Source: Heterodontus francisci
Taxonomy: Eukaryota
Direction: 5' to 3'
NCBI RefSeq assembly: GCF_036365525.1
Contig: NC_090373.1
Coordinates: 119,713,909 to 119,777,908 of the forward strand
Length of the DNA: 64,000 nucleotides
Numbering within the stretch: position 1 is the stretch's first letter; each line of letters opens with the position of its first letter. The notes below the pieces were generated by a model that did no database searches, was not told where the DNA came from, and saw nothing but the letters and a program-made list of their open reading frames with translations. Positions 12,083-24,041 of this stretch are shown piece after piece. The position numbers and the translations under genes were made by a program.

Positions 12083-14624
12083 GTACGTTTTTCACTGTTA
12101 AAAATGCATTTTTGTTTAAAATTAAGTATGGACAATAATGGCCATAAAAGTTCAACCTTTTTTTAAAAAATAAGTTAATAGTTTAGAGGAAATCACTACA
12201 ATTTATATTATGATTGAGGACGAAGGTTTGTCGAACTTAATTCATGGTGGATTTAAATACATCTCAAAATTTATATATCCTTAGAACTCCGGCTGGGTGC
12301 CCAATAGGTAAAGCCTGCCAGATATGTGCTGCATATGTAAAAGAAGGAATCCACTGAATTTTCTGGCCCAGGTTAATTATACGGCCCAAACACTGTCTTG
12401 GCATAAGTGCAAAGATCATGCTGGGAGTGGAATTAGGAACATATTAATTGCCTCTGACTGCCAGGAATTGTGAGGGTGCACTTGGGGCCCCACAGACCCT
12501 CTGGCGTGAGTGCCACTGACAGCTTTTTTGATCCAATCCTCAATTTAGATGCCCCATGGGTGCACAGACAAAAGTGAGGTGAGACAGTTTTTGCTACCAC
12601 ACAGAGTGATCTGGGAACAGAATGTTTCGTGAACCAAGTGCTAAGTCGAGAAATTGATGCAAGTGGGATCTGTCTAATAAGTATTTCTTAAACTGTAATT
12701 TAGATTAACAGTTAGAATCTGATTCAGAACTTTAAAACTGCAAAAGAAACTGCAGGCTGGTTGAGATACCTAGTTAACAGAAACTGCCTGCTATTGGCAA
12801 TTAACAGTCAATCAACTGAAAGTGATTGCCTGAATAAGTGTTAATTACTTAGCAGTTGTAACTTGGGTGTCTCTAAATAAGTAGACAGTAGACAGTGTTT
12901 GCTGCTGCACAGAGTGATCTGAGAACAGAGTGCTTTGTGAACTGAATGCTAAGTCGGAAATTTGGTGCAACTGGGAACTCGGTGCAGAGGAGGAAGGAGG
13001 TGTGCTCCTTTTTATTTTTGTTTTACCTCTAGTGACTGGTGAGTTTTTTTCTTTTATCTCCAAGCTAAGAGATTATAACTTGCCATTACTTTACTAAATT
13101 AGTAACCCATTAACTAATCAAATAAATAAATAAAGCTGAATAAAATAAAGACATGGCAGGGCAGGTGGTGTGCCGTAACTGCAACATCTGGGAGTTTTTG
13201 GAAAGCATTGCATTCCTGTACAACCATATCTGAGAAACTTCCGCTGAGAGTTGCTGGACTGGAGTCTGAGTTGCAGACATTATTGAGTATCAGGAACGAG
13301 GAGAGTTATGTGGACACTTTGTTCCAGGAGACAGTCATGCCCCTTAGGTTAAGTAGAACTTTAGAGCTGGTCAATGGTCAAGGATAGGAGAATGGTGACT
13401 ATGAGTCAGACAAGTGTGGGGATCCAGCATGTAGTGATGTAGGAGCCTCAGCCCATGACTTTGACCAACAGGTACGAGGTACTTGATACCTGTGTGGATG
13501 AGAACAAGGATTGCAGGATGATGAGCAAACTGACCATGGCACCAGAGTACAGGATGCCATTCAAGTGGGGGAAGTGAAAAGGAACTAATAGAGGATAGTA
13601 TAGTCAGGGGATAGATACTGTTTTCTGCAGCCGTGACCTGGATTCCCGAAGGTTGTGTTGGCTGCCTGGTGCCAGAGTTAAGCATATCCCCTTGCAGCTG
13701 GAGATGAACTTGGAGTGGGAGGAGGAGGATTCACGTAGGAACCAATGACTTAGGTCAAACTAGGAATGATGTTCTGTTGAGAGAGTTTGATGAGTTAGGG
13801 TCCAAATTAAAACACAGTACCTCAAAGATAATAATCTCTGGATTGTTACCTGAGCCATGCACCAATTGGCATAGGATCAACCAGATTAGACAATTAAACG
13901 CATGTGAGAGGAAGAGGTTTTGATTCATGGTGCACTAGCACCAATACTCAGGGAAAGAGGGAGCTATTCTGTTGGCTGGGATCAGTGTCCTAACAAATTG
14001 AATAATTAGGACTGTGGATAGGGCTTTAAACTAAAAGGAGGGGTGGGAGGGTTCAGGTGAAGGTTGATTTGCAAATCTAAAGAAAAAAGTCGAGACAATA
14101 GAATGGTTTAGCAATTTGGATAAAGACAAGCAGAGTTGGGCATGTAGGGGCAGAGAGATAATAGTGCATCAATAAATAAAGTCTATGCAAAGAATAGTAG
14201 TAAAAAATAGAATTAAAGTCTCTTTATCTAAAGGCGTGAAGCATTTGTAATAAGATAGATGAACTAGTAGCATAAATAGAAATAAATGGTTCAGATCTAA
14301 TCGCCATTACAGAGACATGGTTACAAGGTGACCAAGGTTGGGAAATAAATATTTTGAAAAGACAGAGAAAACAGTCGCCCTGATAGTAAAGGATGAAATA
14401 AGGACAGTAGTGAAAAAAGATCGTGGCTCAGAAGATCAGGACGCAGAATCATTATGGGTGGAGATTAGGAATAGCAAAGGCTTAGAAAATGCTGGTGAGA
14501 ATAATTTATAGGCCCCCTAACAGTAGTTATACCATTGGACAGAGCACTAAGCAAGACATAATTAGAGTTTGAAACAAAGGAAATGGAACAATTATGGGGA
14601 CTTTAATCTTCATATGGACTAGAC

Positions 14625-15483
14625 CAGGGTTGTCCAACATACAGCCTGCGGGTCAGGATCCGGTCCGTCATATTGTTTCCATCCGGCCTGCGGATGTAAA
14701 CTGTACTGGGCCGTTCATCATCCTCGCCGGGGGACCAGGACTGGAGATGGGAAATTTCCCTTTGCCTTCTTCTTGCAGACTGGCATTTCTTTAAAAAAAA
14801 ATCGCAAGTCATTTTCACAGCTGACAGCTGCTGACATCGAGAACAGTTTTTGAAAAAAGTCAGAACCCACCGGAAAACCCCAAAGCTGCCCGAAGTTGGG
14901 AAACCGCTGTTCCCGATGTCAGCAGCTGTCAGCTATGACAGTGACTTGTGATTTTTTTTTTAAAAACTGACCAACCATCTGCTGAGCATTCCCACTCTCT
15001 GCAACTGTCAGAGAGACAGTGAGAGAGGGGGGACAGATAGGGGGAGACACAGAGATTGAGAGGGGGATCAACACAGAGAGGGGGGAACAACAGAGAGAGG
15101 GGATACACAGAGTGAAGGGGACACAGGGAAAGAGAGAGACAAAGAAAGAGAGAATGATTAAGATCACTCCTGACAGATGTATCCAAATACTCCACATTGC
15201 TACAACAAGTGTGTGGGCAAACATTGACTACTTGAATAAGCACAAAAATACCAGGTATCTCACTAAATCAGTGTCCAACATAGTGCTGAGAAAGTAAGTC
15301 AATAAATTAGTCTTTTCATTTAAAGCTTCTTCATAAAAATGTACATTTGTTGTTGTTTTGATCAATAGTAAGATACATTTTTAATGCCTTTGTATTTCGG
15401 AAATTGTCTCATCGGCCTCCTATTTCAGACAAAAATTGTACTGTGCCCCCCACCTCCCCACACAAAAAGGTTGGACAACCCTG
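14625..15483. mobile_element. Non-autonomous hAT (Charlie-like) MITE
   Basis: Perfect 14-bp TIRs CAGGGTTGTCCAAC/GTTGGACAACCCTG and a perfect 8-bp TSD GACTAGAC (14617-14624, 15484-15491). Confidence 0.95.
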
Positions 15484-16681
15484 GACTAGACCAATCAAAT
15501 TGGCAAAGAGGGTCTGGACGATGAATTTGTAGAATGCTTTCATGACTGTATTTCTTCAGGAAACTATGTGGAACCAACTAGGGTTAAAGCTATTTTAGAT
15601 ATAGTATTGCGCAATGAGGCAGGATTAATTAGTAATTTCATACCAAAAGATCCATTGGGAAAAAGTGATCATAATACAAATGAATTCCATATTAAGTTTG
15701 AAAGTGAGATACTGCAGTTTTAAAGAAGAACTTAAATAAAGCTAATTACATAGGTATGATGGGAGAGCTGGCTAAGGTTGATTGGGTAAATAGAATAAAA
15801 TGTATGGCAATAAATAGTGGGAAATATTTAAAGGAACAATTGAAAATGTTAAGCAAAAATACATTCCATTAAAAAACAAAAACTCAGCAAGAAAGATCCT
15901 TCCCTAGTTTACGAGGGACTTTAAGTATAGCATTAGATTAAAGGAAGAGGCTGATAATGTTGCAAAGAATAGTAGTAAGTCTGAGGATTAGGAGTGTTTT
16001 ATAAACCAGCAAGGGCAACCAAAATTTTGATAAAAATGGCAAAACTAGAATATGAGAGTAAAATAGCCAGAAATATATAAACAGATTGTAAGAGCTTTTG
16101 CAAGTATATAAAAAGGAGAATAGCTAAAGTAAACCTTGGTCCCTTTGAGGCAATGACAGGAGAAACTATCATGAGGAATAAGGAAATGGCAGAGACATTA
16201 AACAAATATTTTGTGTCTGTCTTCAAATTAGAAGACATTACATTCCAGAAGTAGAGGGTAACCAAGGGGCTAATAAGAGTGAAGAAATTAAGGTAATTAA
16301 TATCAGAAAAGAAAAAGTATTGGAAAAATTTAAGGTACTAAAATCCAACAAATCCCCAGGATCTGATGGCCTACATCCTAGGGTTCTAAGAGGTAGCTGC
16401 AGAGATAATGGATGCGCTGGTTATATTTTCCAAAATTCCCTAAATTCTAGAATGGTCCCAGTGCATTGGAAGTTAGCAAATGTAACACCACTATTTAACA
16501 AAGGAGAGAGAGAGAAAATGGTGAACTACAGGCCAGTTAGCCTTATATTAGTCGTTAGGAAAATGCTGAAATCTATTATTAAGGAAGTCTTAACAATGTA
16601 CTTAAAAAATCATAGTATGATCAAAGTCAGCAAAGGGAAATCGTGTTGAACAAATTTATTAGAGTTTTTGAGGATGTAACT

Positions 16682-17033
16682 CAAAATCATGGTGCGTCTG
16701 GACAGAGTAGATAGAGAACCTGTTCTCACTCATGAAAGGATCACTCGAGAACAAGAGGGCACAGAGGTTTAGTATTTGGTAAGAGAAGCAAAAGTGACAT
16801 GAGGAAAAACTTTTTCACGCGGCAAGTGGTTAGGCTCTGGAATGCACTGCCTTACAGTGTGGTGGAGGCAGGTTCAATTAAAGCATTCAGAAGGGAATTA
16901 GACTGTATATGAAAAGGAAGACTGTGCAGGGTTATGGGGAGAAGGTTGGGGAATGGAACTGAGTGAATTGCTGTTTCGGAGAGCTGGTGCAAACATGATG
17001 GGCTGAATGGCCTCCTTCTGCACTGTAATAATC
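16682..17033 (+). mobile_element. 5'-truncated CR1 nested in CR1
   Basis: CR1 3' end flanked by a 7-bp TSD TGTAACT (16675-16681, 17034-17040); the host RT reading continues on both sides. Confidence 0.88.
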
Positions 17034-18141
17034 TGTAACTAGTAGGGTAGATAAAAGGGAACCAGTAGAATTAGTAGACTTGGATTTCTACAAGGCATTC
17101 AATAAGGTGACACAAAAAAGGTTAATATGCAAGATAAGGGGCCATGGAGTTGGGGGTAATATATCAGCATGGATAGAGGATTGGTTAACGGACAGGAAGC
17201 AAAGAGTAGGGATAAACGGGGCATTTTCAAGTTCGCAGGCTGTGACCAGTAGAGTGCCGCAAGGATCAGTGCTGGGGCCTAAGCTATTTATAACATATTA
17301 ATGTCTTAGACAATAAGACTAAGATAAATGTATCTAAGTTTGCTGATGATACAAAGCTATGTGGGAATGTAAGCTTTGAGGAAGACACAAAGAGGCTGCA
17401 AAGAGATATGGACAGTTAAGTGAGTGGGCAACAAGGTGGCATATGAAGTATAATGTGGGGAAGTGTGAGGTTATTCACTTTGGTAGTAAAAATAGAAAAG
17501 CAGAATTATTTTTAAAAGGCATGAAACTTGTAAATGTTTGATCTTCAGAGGGACTTGTGTGCGCTCGTACAAGGAACACAAAGTTAGCATGCAGGTCCAG
17601 CAAGCAATTAGAAAGGCAAATTTCATGTTGGCCTTTATTGCAAGGGGATTGGAATGCAAGAATAAGGAAGCCTTGCTACAATTGTACAGGGCTTTGGTGA
17701 GACCACACCTGGAGTACGGTGCTCAGTTTTGGTCTCCATATCTAAGGAAGGATATCTTTGCCTTGGAGATGGTACAGCAAAATTTCACTAGATTGGTTCC
17801 TAGGTTGAGAGGCTGAGTAAATTGGACCTATAGGGCAGAATTTTATTTGGGTGCCGTGCTGCGCGGCGGCGACCTTTCAACTCAGCGGGGTGCCCGCATT
17901 TAGTGGCCGCCGCAGAGCCCCCACGATATTACGTGTGGGGGCTCATTAGAATCATGGTGCTGAGCCACCCTCCCCATATTACGTGGGGAGAAGCGGGACA
18001 TTCGGCGCAGTGAGAGAGTTTTTGGCAGTTGTGCAGCAGGTGCTGGGGCCCTATTTTAAGCTCCCCAGCACCTGCTTCCTGACAGCTGTCAATGAATACT
18101 TGCCTGACTGCTGAAGAGTGGGGCTGCTGTCAATTAGCAGC

Positions 18142-18299
18142 AAAGCAGAAAGTGCTGCAGAAATCCAGCAGGTCAGGCAGCATCTGTGGAGAGAGAAGCA
18201 GACTTAACTTGACCAAGTTCACAGACCTGAAAGTTAATTCTGTTTCTCACTCCACACATGGTTCCTGACCTGCTGAGTGACCCTCGCACTTTCTGCTTT
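18142..18299. repeat. Imperfect palindrome made of two inverted Penelope pLTR ends
   Basis: The left arm AAAGCAGAAAGTGC..CAGCAGGTCAGG..GACTTAACTT is complementary to the right arm AAGTTAATTC..CCTGACCTGCTG..GCACTTTCTGCTTT. Confidence 0.75.
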
Positions 18300-18585
18300 G
18301 CTGCTACATATTTACCCTCCTGTGTCCCAGTGTTCTGTGAAGTTGCGATCTTCTTCTCCCACTCAAGTGTTACGTTCCTTCTTGTAGGCATGCCGCACCT
18401 GGGTGAATAATCTTAAATTTGCACATTCCAGGACATGGGACTTAAATAGACCATAAATGGTATTACAGAGAACGCAAATGGGAATGCATGGGTGTCACAT
18501 CACTGTAAATAAATCTTTCACTAAAGGCTGCGTTTGCTGACAACACAACCACTAGGTGGCACTGCACTGGCAAATGCACATGTCA

Positions 18586-18906
18586 TAGAGATACAGTACT
18601 GAAACAGGCCCTTCGGCCCACCGAGTCTGTACCGACCATCAACCACCCATTTATACTAATCCTACATTAATCCCATATTCCCTACCACATTCCCACCTTC
18701 CCTCAATTCTCCTACCACCTACCTACACTAAGGGCAATTTTTACAATGGCCAATTTACCTAACAACTTGCAAGTCTTCGGCTGTGGGAGGAAACTCACGC
18801 AGTCACAGGGAGAACTTGCAAACTCTGCACAGACAGTATACAGAATTGAACCCGGGTCGCTGGAGATGTGAGGCTGCAGTGCTAACCACTGCATCATTGT
18901 GCCGCC
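18586..18906 (-). mobile_element. V-SINE (HE1-like)
   Basis: Homologous to 7322-7682, with a small internal deletion. Confidence 0.88.
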
Positions 18907-19399
18907 TGTTCCACTAAGACGTCACAGTCTGTGACGTTCAGGCAGCTGCCAGGACAAAAGATGGCGCTGCTTAAATAATCACACAAAGGCAACATAACCC
19001 ATGACAGCACACAATGGCTGGAGAAAGCGAGCGGGTGAAGCAAGGAGCGAGCGGCTGGGTGGAGAGCGCGGGGAGGGGGGGTGGGTGGAGAGAGCGGGCG
19101 GCACGGGGTGGGGGGGTGATAGAGAGCGGGCTGGGGGGGAGAGTGTGGGCGGGAGGGGGCGAGGAGGAGAGCGCAGCCGCCACCACCAAGTTCTTTGGCC
19201 GCGCTCTCCCCGCTTCCCCGCATTACGCAATGATGTCATCTGCACATGTGCCAACCAGTCCTGGCAATACAGAATGCTGCGCACGCGCAGAGAGCCAAAG
19301 CCCGTTTGCACATGTGCGCAGCTTGGCGCAGTCTGATGACGTCAGCGGCCGGCTGCATTGTTAAGAATCACTTTGTTCACTCAATGTTCCTCACCAACG

Positions 19400-19626
19400 T
19401 TTAGTTTAGAGATACAGCACTGAAACAGGCCCTTCGGCCCACTGAGTCTGTGCCGACCATCAACCACCCATTTATACTAATCCTACACTAATTCCATATT
19501 CCTACCACATCCCCACCTGTCCCTATATTTTCCCTACCACCTACCTATACTAGGGGCAATTTATAATGGCCAATTAACCTATCAACCAGCAAGTCTTTGA
19601 CATGTGGGAGGAAACCGGAGCACCCA
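19400..19626 (-). mobile_element. V-SINE (HE1-like), 5'-truncated
   Basis: 3' two-thirds of the V-SINE with a (TAAAC)n tail. Confidence 0.85.
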
Positions 19627-20436
19627 ACGGAGACGTTGTGTGTCCTTTTCTCTGTGCGAATGATGTGTGCCAGTATGTAGCGCCGATGTCACATCCCTTT
19701 GCACCGTTGGCCCTTCAGGAGAGCCTGTGTATGCAATAACATCATTGCCATGCCACCATTACTCATGAGCGTCTCTACAGATGCAGTGACATGGACATTG
19801 GCTCAGTCAGATGCTGCCTGTAATGGTTTACACTGGGATGATGCAGATGTGGACTGGTGCACAGCAGGTGAGCACAGGTGATGTGAGCATGCAGAACGCA
19901 TGTCGGTTCCTATGGAGCAGACAGCCTTTGTCTGATACGCCACGTCCGTACATGCCTAGCTCACTGCTAGCCCTGCGTGCAGAGCCTGGGTGCCATCTGC
20001 CCTCCCATGCGTCTTTCATGTAGGTGCTCAGCATCCTCATAGTCCGAGGAGGAATCCTGTTGACGTCTCTCCTCATCATGCAGAGCAGCAAAGAAAGGAG
20101 CTGGCCTTTTTGGCCCATAGTACAGGGTATCACCCTATCCATACAGGCATTGGAGGTGCTCTTTCAGCATGCTGATCCCCTGCTCAGTGGTGGCTCATGT
20201 AGTTCAGTGGCTGGCATTGTACCTCTCCTCTGCAACAGTGGTGGGGTCTCTCACTGGTGTCGGGAGCCATATCTGCAAAGGATAGCCCTTATCTCCAAGA
20301 AGCCACCCCTCCATCTGAGCCAGTTCAGTGAACAGCGGTGGCAGCCAGGACTGGAGCAAGACCCAGGTGTCATGGCAGCTGCCTAAGAAGCGGTCACACT
20401 TTCACAGCAAGCATCTGCGGTGATCACATACCAGCT

Positions 20437-22761
20437 TGGGGAACGAGCCCGGCCAGGTGGTCGAAGTTTCAGTAGGGGAGCATTTCGGGAGCAGTGACCA
20501 TAATTCCATAAGTTTTAAGGTACTTGTGGATAAGGATAAGAGTAGTCCTCGGGTGAAGGTGCTAAATTGGGGGAAGGCTAATTATAACAATATTAGGCAG
20601 GAACTGAAGAATTTAGATTGGGGGCGGCTGTTTGAGGGTAAATCAACATCTGACATGTGGGAGTCTTTCAAATGTCAGCTGATTAGAATCCAGGACCAGC
20701 ATCTTCCTGTGAGGAAGAAAGACAAGTTTGGCAAGTTTCGGGAAGCTTGGGTAACACAGGATATTGTAAGCCTAGTCAAAAAGAAAAAGGAAGCATTTGT
20801 AAGGGCTGGAAGGCTAGGAACAGACGAAGCACTTGAGGAATATAAAGACAGTAGGAAGGAACTTAAGCAAGGAGTTAGGAGGGCTAAAAGGGGTCATGAA
20901 AAGTCATTGGCAAACAGGATTAAGGAAAATCCCAAGGCTTTTTATACATATATAAAGAGTAAGAGGGTAACTAGGGAAAGGGTTGGCCCACTCAAGGACA
21001 GAGATGGGAATCTATGTGTGGAGCCAGAGGAAATGGGCGAGGTGCTAAATGAGTACTTTGCATCAGTATTCACCAAAGAGAAGGACTTGGTGGATGATGA
21101 GCCTAGGGAAGGGAGTGCAGATAGTCTCAGTCATCTCATTATCAAAAAGGAGGTGTTGGGTGTCTTGCAAAGCATTAAGGTAGATAAGTCCCCAGGGCCT
21201 GATGGGATCTACCCTAGAATACTGAGGGAGGCAAGGGAGGAAATTGCTGGGGCCTTGACAGAAATATTTGCATCCTCATTGGCTACAGGTGAGGTCCCAG
21301 AAGACTGGAGAATAGCCAATGTTGTTCCTTTGTTTAAGAAGGGTGGCAAGGATAATCCAGGAAATTATAGGCCGGTGAGCCTTACATCAGTGGTAGGGAA
21401 ACTATTAGAGAGGATTATTCAGGACAGGATTTACTCCCATTTGGAAACAAAACAAACTTATTAGCGAGAGACAGCATGGTTTTGTGAAGGGGAAGTCGTG
21501 TCTTACTAATTTGATTGAGTTTTTTGAGGAAGTGACGAAGATGATTGATGAAGGAAGGGCAGTGGATGTTATCTATATGGACTTTAGTAAAGCCTTTGAC
21601 AAGGTCCCGCATGGCAGACTGGTACAAAAGGTGAAGTCACACGGGTTCAGAGGTGAGCTGGCAAGATGGATACAGAACTGGCTCAGTCATAGAAGACAGA
21701 GGGTATCAGTGGATGGGTGTTTTTCTGAATGGAGGGATGTGACTAGTGGTGTTCCGCAGGGATCAGTGCTGGGACCTTTGCTCTTTGTAGTATATATAAA
21801 TGATTTGGAGGAAAATGTAGCTGGTCTGATTAGTAAGTTTGCGGACGACACAAAGGTTGGTGGAGTTGCGGATAGTGATGAGGATTGTCAGAGGATACAG
21901 CAGGATATAGATCGGTTGGAGACTTGGGCGGAGAAATGGCAGATGGAGTTTAATCCGGACAAATGTGAGGTAATGCATTTTGGAAGGTCTAAGGCAGGTG
22001 GGAGGTATACAGTAAATGGCAGAACCCTTAGGAGTATTGATAGGCAGAGAGATCTGGGTGTACAGGTCCACAAGTCACTGAAAGTGGCAACGCAGGTGGA
22101 TAAGGTAGTCAAGAAGGCATACGGCATGCTTGCCTTCATCGGTCGGGGCATAGAGTATAAAAATTGGCAAGTCATGTTGCAGCTGTGCAGAACCTTAGTT
22201 AGGCCACACTTAGAATATTGCGTGCAATTCTGGTCGCCACACTACCAGAAGGACGTGGAGGCTTTGGAGAGGGTACAGAGGAGGTTTACCAGGATGTTGC
22301 CTGGTCTGGAGGGCATTAGCTATGAAGAGAGGTTGGAAAAACTCAGATTGTTTTCACTGGAAGGACGGAGGTGGAGGGGTGACATGATAGAGGCTTACAA
22401 AGTCATGAGCGGCTTGGACAGAGTGGATAGTCAGAAGCTTTTTCCCAGGGTGGAAGAGTCAGTTACTAGGGGACATAGGTTTAAGGTGCAAGGGGCAAAG
22501 TTTAGAGGGGATGTGCGAGGCAAGTTTTTTTACACAGAGGGTGGTGAGTGCCTGGAACTTGCTGCCGGGGAGGTGGTGGAAGCAGATACGATAGCGATGT
22601 TTAAGAGACATCTTGACAAATACATGAATAGGAAGGGAATAGAGGGATATGGGCCCCTGAAGTGCAGAAGGTGTTAGTTTAGGTAGACATCAAGATCGGC
22701 GCAGGCTTGGAGGGCCAAATGGCCTGTTCCTGTGCTGTACTGTTCTTTGTTCTTTGTTCTT
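20437..22761 (+). mobile_element. Young 5'-truncated CR1 LINE with nearly intact ORF2
   Basis: ORFs 20436-21464 (342 aa) and 21484-22677 (397 aa) are joined by one frameshift and carry all RT motifs (DFSKAFD, QGSVLGP, FADD). (TTCTTTG)n tail; 5-bp TSD CAGCT (20432-20436, 22762-22766) inside the Harbinger transposase. Confidence 0.95.
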
Positions 22762-23729
22762 CAGCTAGATTGAGAGGGCTCCTTTAATTTGCAGGCTTGC
22801 GAGAAGCCTGATAGTCACATGAGTGCAGTCTATGAACATTACAACCTACAGTTCTCTGGAAATGGTGCCAGAACCAATGGCCCTCTGGGCCTGGCTGTGA
22901 AAGTCCGTCCTGAAGCGGACATACTCACTGGCCCTCCGGTGCAGGGCATCGGTGACCTCCCTGTTGCAGCGGTGCACTGCTGACTGTGTGACCCCACAAA
23001 GGTCTCTAGTGAGCCCCTAAAAAGCTGCAGAGGCATCAGGCTTGTGAACCGCTGCCACTATGAGGAACAAGGCATATGATGTCCACCGGAGCCCATGTGC
23101 TGCTGGCCATCCTTGACCAGGGCACAGAGACGTGTCACCACCCTCTGTACATGCGCAATTGCCTCTTACACTGGTGCTCTGACATCTGATGGCATGTCAT
23201 GTGGGGCCTAAAGATGCACAGAAAACGTAATGGCAAGCTCCCCTTGGGAGCTGCTGCTCATGACGGGAGGCCTCTACGTGGATCGCACCTGCCTGTTGTA
23301 TTGCCTCTGGCGCATACAGATCCTCACGAGCAGAGGATCTCACAATGTAGGATGAGCCATACCTATTTCCATGTAATAAATAAAGTTGAACCCTTCATGT
23401 ATTCGAAGATTCCTAACAGAGCACAGATTGGTGTTGACAGGCTGCTTTCCTGGATCAACTATGTGGCGTGCCATGGCATTGTCTATCTTGGCCAATACTC
23501 AGAGTGGCACAGCATGACCACATCAAGATCCTACCAGCTGAATCAATTGCCCCAACCATCCATATAACTTTAATGCTCCTGTCCTTTTTGGCACCTTCCC
23601 CACACACAGGGTGCCTAGTGTGCCATTGCTCTCTCACAAACATGAACAAACACAGAGCGTACACTGTTAACGGAGGGATGGTACACAGTACTTCCCTTGA
23701 TGCCAGCAGAGCTTTCCCTCCAGTAATCC

Positions 23730-24041
23730 CAGACCCCTTCCCTTTAAGAATACAGTGAGACCCTTGTGTATCCCCCCTCCCTCCTCCCTTTAAGAATGCA
23801 GAGAGACCCCTGTGTATCCCTCCCCCTTCCAGTATGCAGAATGAGAGCCCTGCAATGCCCCTACCTCCTCCCTTTAAGAATGCAGAGTGAGACCCCTGTG
23901 TATCCCCCCCTCACCCTCCTCCCTTCCATTATGCAGAGTGAGACCCCTGTGTATCCCCCCACTCCTCCTTTCCAGTTGCAGAGTGAGAGCCCTGCAATGC
24001 CCCCTCCCTACTCCCTTTAGGAATGTAGAGTGAGACCCCTG
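23730..24041. repeat. Minisatellite (~45-50 bp unit, about 7 copies) inside the Harbinger element
   Basis: Repeated GAGACCCCTGTGTATCCCCC..CCTTTAAGAATGCAGAGT and GAGAGCCCTGCAATGCCCC variants. Confidence 0.85.

Noticed and set aside
18894-19364. Overlapping Pro/Gly/Arg-rich ORFs on both strands
   Set aside because: Artefact of high GC and low complexity; no domain.
23730-24041. CRISPR-like repeat/spacer pattern
   Set aside because: Vertebrate DNA; the units are degenerate tandem copies without unique spacers, and there are no cas genes.
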